A stretch of 63,896 nucleotides of DNA, the filler included. It is 6 parts of 6 records of this genome, joined end to end, with 100 filler letters (N's around TTAATTAATTAA, not from the genome) between each part and the next. Parts side by side here need not be neighbours in the genome. Positions count along the whole stretch, not along the records: positions 60,049 to 63,896 come from SRR20825010_5218; 5 more parts are not named here. The stretch is one strand, 5' to 3'. Positions 60,049 to 63,896 of the stretch are shown in pieces. Numbering within the stretch: the first letter of the stretch is position 1; every line of letters starts with the position of its first letter. The notes under the pieces were generated by a model. That model searched no databases. It had not been told where the DNA came from and saw only the letters and a list, made by a program, of their open reading frames with translations. The translations under genes were made by a program, and so were the position numbers.

Positions 60049-60549
60049 GTCCCAGGCGATGTGGACGACGGGGAGGTCGTCGAGGCCCTCGATCGAGCTG
60101 TCCGGGCCGGTCGGGTGCCGCCAGTCGGCCCCGGGGGTCCAGGCCCACCACTGCGAGTAGTCGCGGAGGTCGACCGGGTGGTCGGGCGGCGTGAAGACGA
60201 GAGAGCCGGCGACGAGGACATCGTCTGGCGGCTTGGGGGTGCCGGGGGGGACCTGCGTCTTGATCTCCTCCCAGTCGGGCGTGCGCTCGGCGAGGGTCTG
60301 GTAGCCGGTGGCCTCGACGAAGGCGCGGAACTGGGCGTTGGTGACCTCGGTGGTGTCGATCCAGTAGCCGCGGAGGCGGACGCGGTGGGCGGGGTGCTCG
60401 TCGTGGCGGCCCTCGGGGCCGTCCCAGCCCATGGTGAACTCACCGGGCGGGATCCAGATCATGCCGGCGGTGTCGGCCGGAGCGGTCTGGCCGGGGCACA
60501 GGGCGGCGGCGAGGGCCACGGGGAGAACGGCGAATCGCTGCGGGATCAT
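60049..60549 (-). CDS. Formylglycine-generating enzyme (SUMF1) family protein, 3'-truncated
   Basis: Signal peptide; IPPGEFTMG, EHPAHRV, TEVTNAQFRAFV, GADWRHPTGP, PVVHIAW. Confidence 0.9.
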
Positions 60550-60579
60550 GGGGCGAGCATACCCGGGCGGGGGGTCCGA

Positions 60580-60616
60580 AAACGACAACCGCCGCCCCTG
60601 AGGGACGGCGGCAATC
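60580..60616 (-). terminator. Terminator downstream of tRNA-Gly 3' end
   Basis: Minus strand GCCGCCGTCCC-TCA-GGGGCGGCGGT then TGTCGTTTT. Confidence 0.65.
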
Positions 60617-60624
60617 TTCTTCAA

Positions 60625-60666
60625 AGCGGGTGAGGCGACTTGAACGCCCGACCCTCACGTTGGCAA
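60625..60666 (-). tRNA. tRNA-Gly(GCC) 3' fragment, att site of integrated element
   Basis: Minus strand TTGCCAACGTGAGGGTCGGGCGTTCAAGTCGCCTCACCCGCT; 5' anticodon-stem strand and D arm are missing. Confidence 0.82.
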
Positions 60667-60798
60667 GGCCTTAAAAAGCCACTGGCGATGCCTCCAGCGG
60701 CCTTTTGCACTACACTAGCCGCAGAAACTGCACTACAAATTTCTGGAGGGCGACCAGCGTGGAAGCCCCTCGCGAGGCCAGTGTAGAGGCTCGTCGTC

Positions 60799-62058
60799 GT
60801 GTCCGAAAGCAGCCGCAAGCGACGCATCCCGAAGCTCCGCTACACGGAGAACCGTGGCATCGGGTGGCACGTCAGCTATCGCGATCCGGAGACCGGTACG
60901 CCCAAGAAGCACCGCTTCGGGATGGTCACCAAAGGCGAGGCGAACAGAGCGTACGAGGCTTGGCTCGCCGCCTGGCTCCAGGACAACCACGCCGCCGCCG
61001 CTGCCGTCCGACCCGGCCACGCCGCGAAGGTCGAGGCCCGCCAGAAGCGGGCCGAGCGGGAAGCCGTCCGAGCCGAAGTGAAGGCCGAGCCCGGCTCTCT
61101 GGTCCACGTGGCTTCAGGCCTGTTCAAGTACGACGAGTCCCGGGTCCGCAAGCCGGGCGAAGGACGGGCCGCGGGGACGATCGCCCCGCGGGCGATGCTG
61201 AACCGCAAGAAGGAGATCAAGGACTTCCTCACCTTCATCAACGAGCGGCACGGCCGCGGGGCCGCGTCCAGGCTCCACGTCTGCGACCTCGAAATGTCGG
61301 ACGTGGAGGAGTACAACCAGGAGCTTGTCGCGAAGGGCTTCTCAGCGGCCTCGGTCAACGGGCGTATCCAGGCGGTCAAGCGTCTGATCGATCGTTCTGG
61401 TCGCCCGGAGTACGGGCAGCAGGTGCTCGGCTGGAACTGGGATTCACTCGATAGGACACCCGGACGAGCGGCCGAGCACCGCCAGCTTCCCACACTGAAG
61501 CAACTGAAGGCCTTGCTCGCCGCGGCCGACGCTCGCGGGAAGGCGATGATCTGGCTCGGCATCGGGCTCGGCCTGGGGCAAACCGACATCGCGAACCTCC
61601 GCGTTGGGCAGATCGACAAGAAGGGCTACGACCTCCGCCGAGGCAAGACCGGCATCGACAGGTACGGTGACACGCCGCCCGGAGTGTGGAGTGCGATCCA
61701 GGCGTACCTCGCGGAAACGCCCCGCCCCGAAGGCCAACTCATGTTCGTCACCAAGAACGGCAAGCCGGTGGTCCACACCCGGTCGGACGGGGTGCAACAA
61801 TGGTGGCAACGGCTCCGCGAGAGCATCGGCGAGTCGAAGGACACCCTCGGCGGCTTCTACACGCTCCGTCACCTCGGGGCGACCGAGTTCGGGTCTCGCA
61901 AGGGCTGCTCCATCATCGCCATGAAGCAGTGGCTCGGACACTCGGCGAGCTCCTCGATGGCCGATCGCTACATGAAACCCGTGCCTCCTGAGCATCGGAA
62001 GCTGATCGAGTGGGTTCGCGAAACTCTGTTGGGACCGCCGTATCGCAAGAGGGCCTGA
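60799..62058 (+). CDS. Tyrosine recombinase/integrase
   Basis: Arm-binding-like N-terminus, core-binding domain (SAASVNGRIQAVK), RRGKT, YTLRH, LGH, ADRY. Confidence 0.88.
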   Translation: MSESSRKRRIPKLRYTENRGIGWHVSYRDPETGTPKKHRFGMVTKGEANRAYEAWLAAWLQDNHAAAAAVRPGHAAKVEARQKRAEREAVRAEVKAEPGSLVHVASGLFKYDESRVRKPGEGRAAGTIAPRAMLNRKKEIKDFLTFINERHGRGAASRLHVCDLEMSDVEEYNQELVAKGFSAASVNGRIQAVKRLIDRSGRPEYGQQVLGWNWDSLDRTPGRAAEHRQLPTLKQLKALLAAADARGKAMIWLGIGLGLGQTDIANLRVGQIDKKGYDLRRGKTGIDRYGDTPPGVWSAIQAYLAETPRPEGQLMFVTKNGKPVVHTRSDGVQQWWQRLRESIGESKDTLGGFYTLRHLGATEFGSRKGCSIIAMKQWLGHSASSSMADRYMKPVPPEHRKLIEWVRETLLGPPYRKRA

Positions 62059-62062
62059 CCTA

Positions 62063-63896
62063 CTAGCCGTCACGAGGTGTCTCTTCGACCTCAATCTCGA
62101 CTTCAACGCCCAACTCCGCTTGGAGTTCTTCGACGGAGACCCTGAGCGGCTCATAGATGGCTAGCTCTTGTCCAACAACATCGATCGTCACAGCAAAGAC
62201 ATAACGGGCAGCGGCGTCTGGATCATGACTCCAGCCTTGATGTCCGCGAACGGCAAAGCACAGGTCGCTTGGCAGTTCATTTGATTTGAGCGTTGTCCAG
62301 TCCTTCTGGACCGTGCCGACGGAACGCCGAGTCTCGGGGATTGCTCCCGTGTGCGGCTGGGTCTCGACAGACCAGCCAAAGCTGGACCCCTCGTCCATCT
62401 TGTCGTCGCTCTTGATCGCTCGCGTGAGGAACGCGTCGAGCCGCTCGTCCTTGCGTGAACTGATCCAGTCGGCCCAAACCGAGAGGTAGCCGCGGTGCCT
62501 GCGGCGAGTACGGCGAGGCTCTGCAACGTAGGACAGCGTCGCATCAATGCGGATCTCAAAGTCCGCACCAGCTCGCCGGACTTCCTCCGGGACTCTGATC
62601 TGGTAAACATGACAATCACCAGGACCAATCTCTCGCTCGTCATCGGTAATGAAGGTTGTCCGGTAGTCCGAGTTCGTCGTGGCCCGATCCATGTCGGGAA
62701 CGCCGTATCCGATTCTCCGGAATAGCTCAGCCTTCTGATCTGCTGGAAGTCCGTCAGCCCATTCCGGCCAACGTGCGGACTGCACAATCAGGCCTCGGTA
62801 CAGCAGGCAAGAGTGATCTGGGAGTACGGCCTGGACAGCGGCGGCAATTCGTGAGACAAGCGGAGCAGCGAAAGAGGTTCCGACCTGGTCACGGTCGTAG
62901 CCCGGACCACCATCAGCCGTCGAACGCACCAACTCGGGATAGCACTCCCGTGCAACGGTCGGCGTCGAGACATTCGGTGGGTTCCCCGTGTCGCGGAGAC
63001 AGTCCCCGCCATACTCAACAACCTCGGGCTTGATGCAGCCCCAGAGGCCCAAGCCGGGCCGCGAGAATCCCGATGGCATACCAACCTGGGTGGCGAAGGA
63101 TTTCCAGCCGCCTCCCTCAAACACCGTTCGAGCCACAGAGCCGACGCTGAGAGCTTGGAAGCTCTGTGCAGGATTCGCTAGACGACATCCTGGTTCGTTG
63201 AGGTATTCCGGATATGACTTTCCGGCTTGGAGCAACTGCCGGATGCCGGGCCGGTTGCCTTCACGGCTCAGCTTGAGGTTTCCCATGCTCTGAACAATGA
63301 GTACGTCGAACTCCCCGCTGAGCCGGTCAAGTTCGGCTGCCCATGCCGACATATGCCTCGTTCGGCAAGGGGCATCGGCGTTCACGGAATGATTGAAGAT
63401 CCGTGTGCGGCGAGTGCCCGTGAAGTTGTCCGTGACGATCTTGCGGATGACCTGCGGAGGAAACAACGTGTCGGGCAGCACACATTCGTGGTTCAAAATG
63501 CGTGCGTTCTGAATCCAGCACGGCAACGAGAATTGCCCTGCGGTCGGAAGAGAGCCTCCGTACAGGATCGCACCGGCGACACGAGTACCGTGGCCGCCAC
63601 CCGCCACACGGTCAGCCACACTCGGGTCAGGCTCTTCAATGAGCGTCATCGAGTTGGCCGTGTCAATGGCTGGCTGAAGCCAGAAATGCCCTTCTTGAAC
63701 TCCGCTGTCGATAACGCACACGCTCGGGGCATCCGGCGATGGGGGCACAAGCTGGACCGCCTGCATCGTCTCCGTCTCGGCACGTGCAGCCGCCTGCGGA
63801 GTCTCAATGTCGTCAGGCTCGACGACTTCAAACACATACGCACAATTGAGCACCAGGTCCCGCAATCCCTTCGCGACAAGCCGGAGCCGTACTGTG
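62063..63896 (-). CDS. S8 subtilisin-like serine protease (IetS-like); 5' end beyond window
   Basis: Triad VIDSG, HGTRVAG, GTSFAAP; IKPEVVEYGG, IGYGVP; frame open to the window edge. Confidence 0.88.
   Translation of the reverse strand, partial: TVRLRLVAKGLRDLVLNCAYVFEVVEPDDIETPQAAARAETETMQAVQLVPPSPDAPSVCVIDSGVQEGHFWLQPAIDTANSMTLIEEPDPSVADRVAGGGHGTRVAGAILYGGSLPTAGQFSLPCWIQNARILNHECVLPDTLFPPQVIRKIVTDNFTGTRRTRIFNHSVNADAPCRTRHMSAWAAELDRLSGEFDVLIVQSMGNLKLSREGNRPGIRQLLQAGKSYPEYLNEPGCRLANPAQSFQALSVGSVARTVFEGGGWKSFATQVGMPSGFSRPGLGLWGCIKPEVVEYGGDCLRDTGNPPNVSTPTVARECYPELVRSTADGGPGYDRDQVGTSFAAPLVSRIAAAVQAVLPDHSCLLYRGLIVQSARWPEWADGLPADQKAELFRRIGYGVPDMDRATTNSDYRTTFITDDEREIGPGDCHVYQIRVPEEVRRAGADFEIRIDATLSYVAEPRRTRRRHRGYLSVWADWISSRKDERLDAFLTRAIKSDDKMDEGSSFGWSVETQPHTGAIPETRRSVGTVQKDWTTLKSNELPSDLCFAVRGHQGWSHDPDAAARYVFAVTIDVVGQELAIYEPLRVSVEELQAELGVEVEIEVEETPRDG

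Larger units (their letters stand above)
60625..63896. mobile_element. Integrative element inserted at tRNA-Gly (one end)
   Basis: att fragment, TGCACTACA repeats, adjacent integrase, cargo of visibly lower GC. Confidence 0.78.

Overview
The window is six unrelated contigs joined by identical 100-bp artificial spacers (N44-TTAATTAATTAA-N44) at 27736-27835, 35550-35649, 42356-42455, 51040-51139 and 59949-60048. Taxonomic labels are inferred from gene content and protein style, not from a search. (1) 1-27735: Marinobacter-like core chromosome with a BCCT transporter, a RimK-like ligase/inactive transglutaminase/retropepsin operon, rmuC, a lipid-scavenging locus (AraC, CoA-transferase, Ntn acylase, lipase, crotonase), fumarase, selO, a glucosylglycerate operon ending in a DUF3524 glycosyltransferase, and two oxidoreductases. 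(2) 27836-35549: gammaproteobacterial genomic-island end next to tRNA-Pro. It holds a CopI-like cupredoxin with a two-component system, a complete IS3, an HUH (Inovirus Gp2/YagK-like) nuclease behind a three-hairpin leader, a tandem winged-helix protein and a MatP-like RHH/coiled-coil protein. (3) 35650-42355: alphaproteobacterial core (tRNA-Glu fragment, recJ, glpX, hom, aminotransferase, OmpA lipoprotein). (4) 42456-51039: alphaproteobacterial core (gyrA, LysE, coaD, cyclophilin, queA, tgt, hydrolase, tRNA-Lys). (5) 51140-59948: Rhodobacteraceae-like accessory DNA (acr3/arsR, GAFTGA-less AcoR-type regulator, flavin monooxygenase, decayed RND pump). (6) 60049-63896: high-GC, planctomycete-like contig with an FGE-family gene, a tRNA-Gly att remnant, a tyrosine integrase lacking the box-I Arg, and an IetS-like S8 protease. 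The best candidate for an undescribed system is the tRNA-Pro island core (31838-35549), followed by the tRNA-Gly element (60625-63896). No CRISPR array or rRNA was seen.
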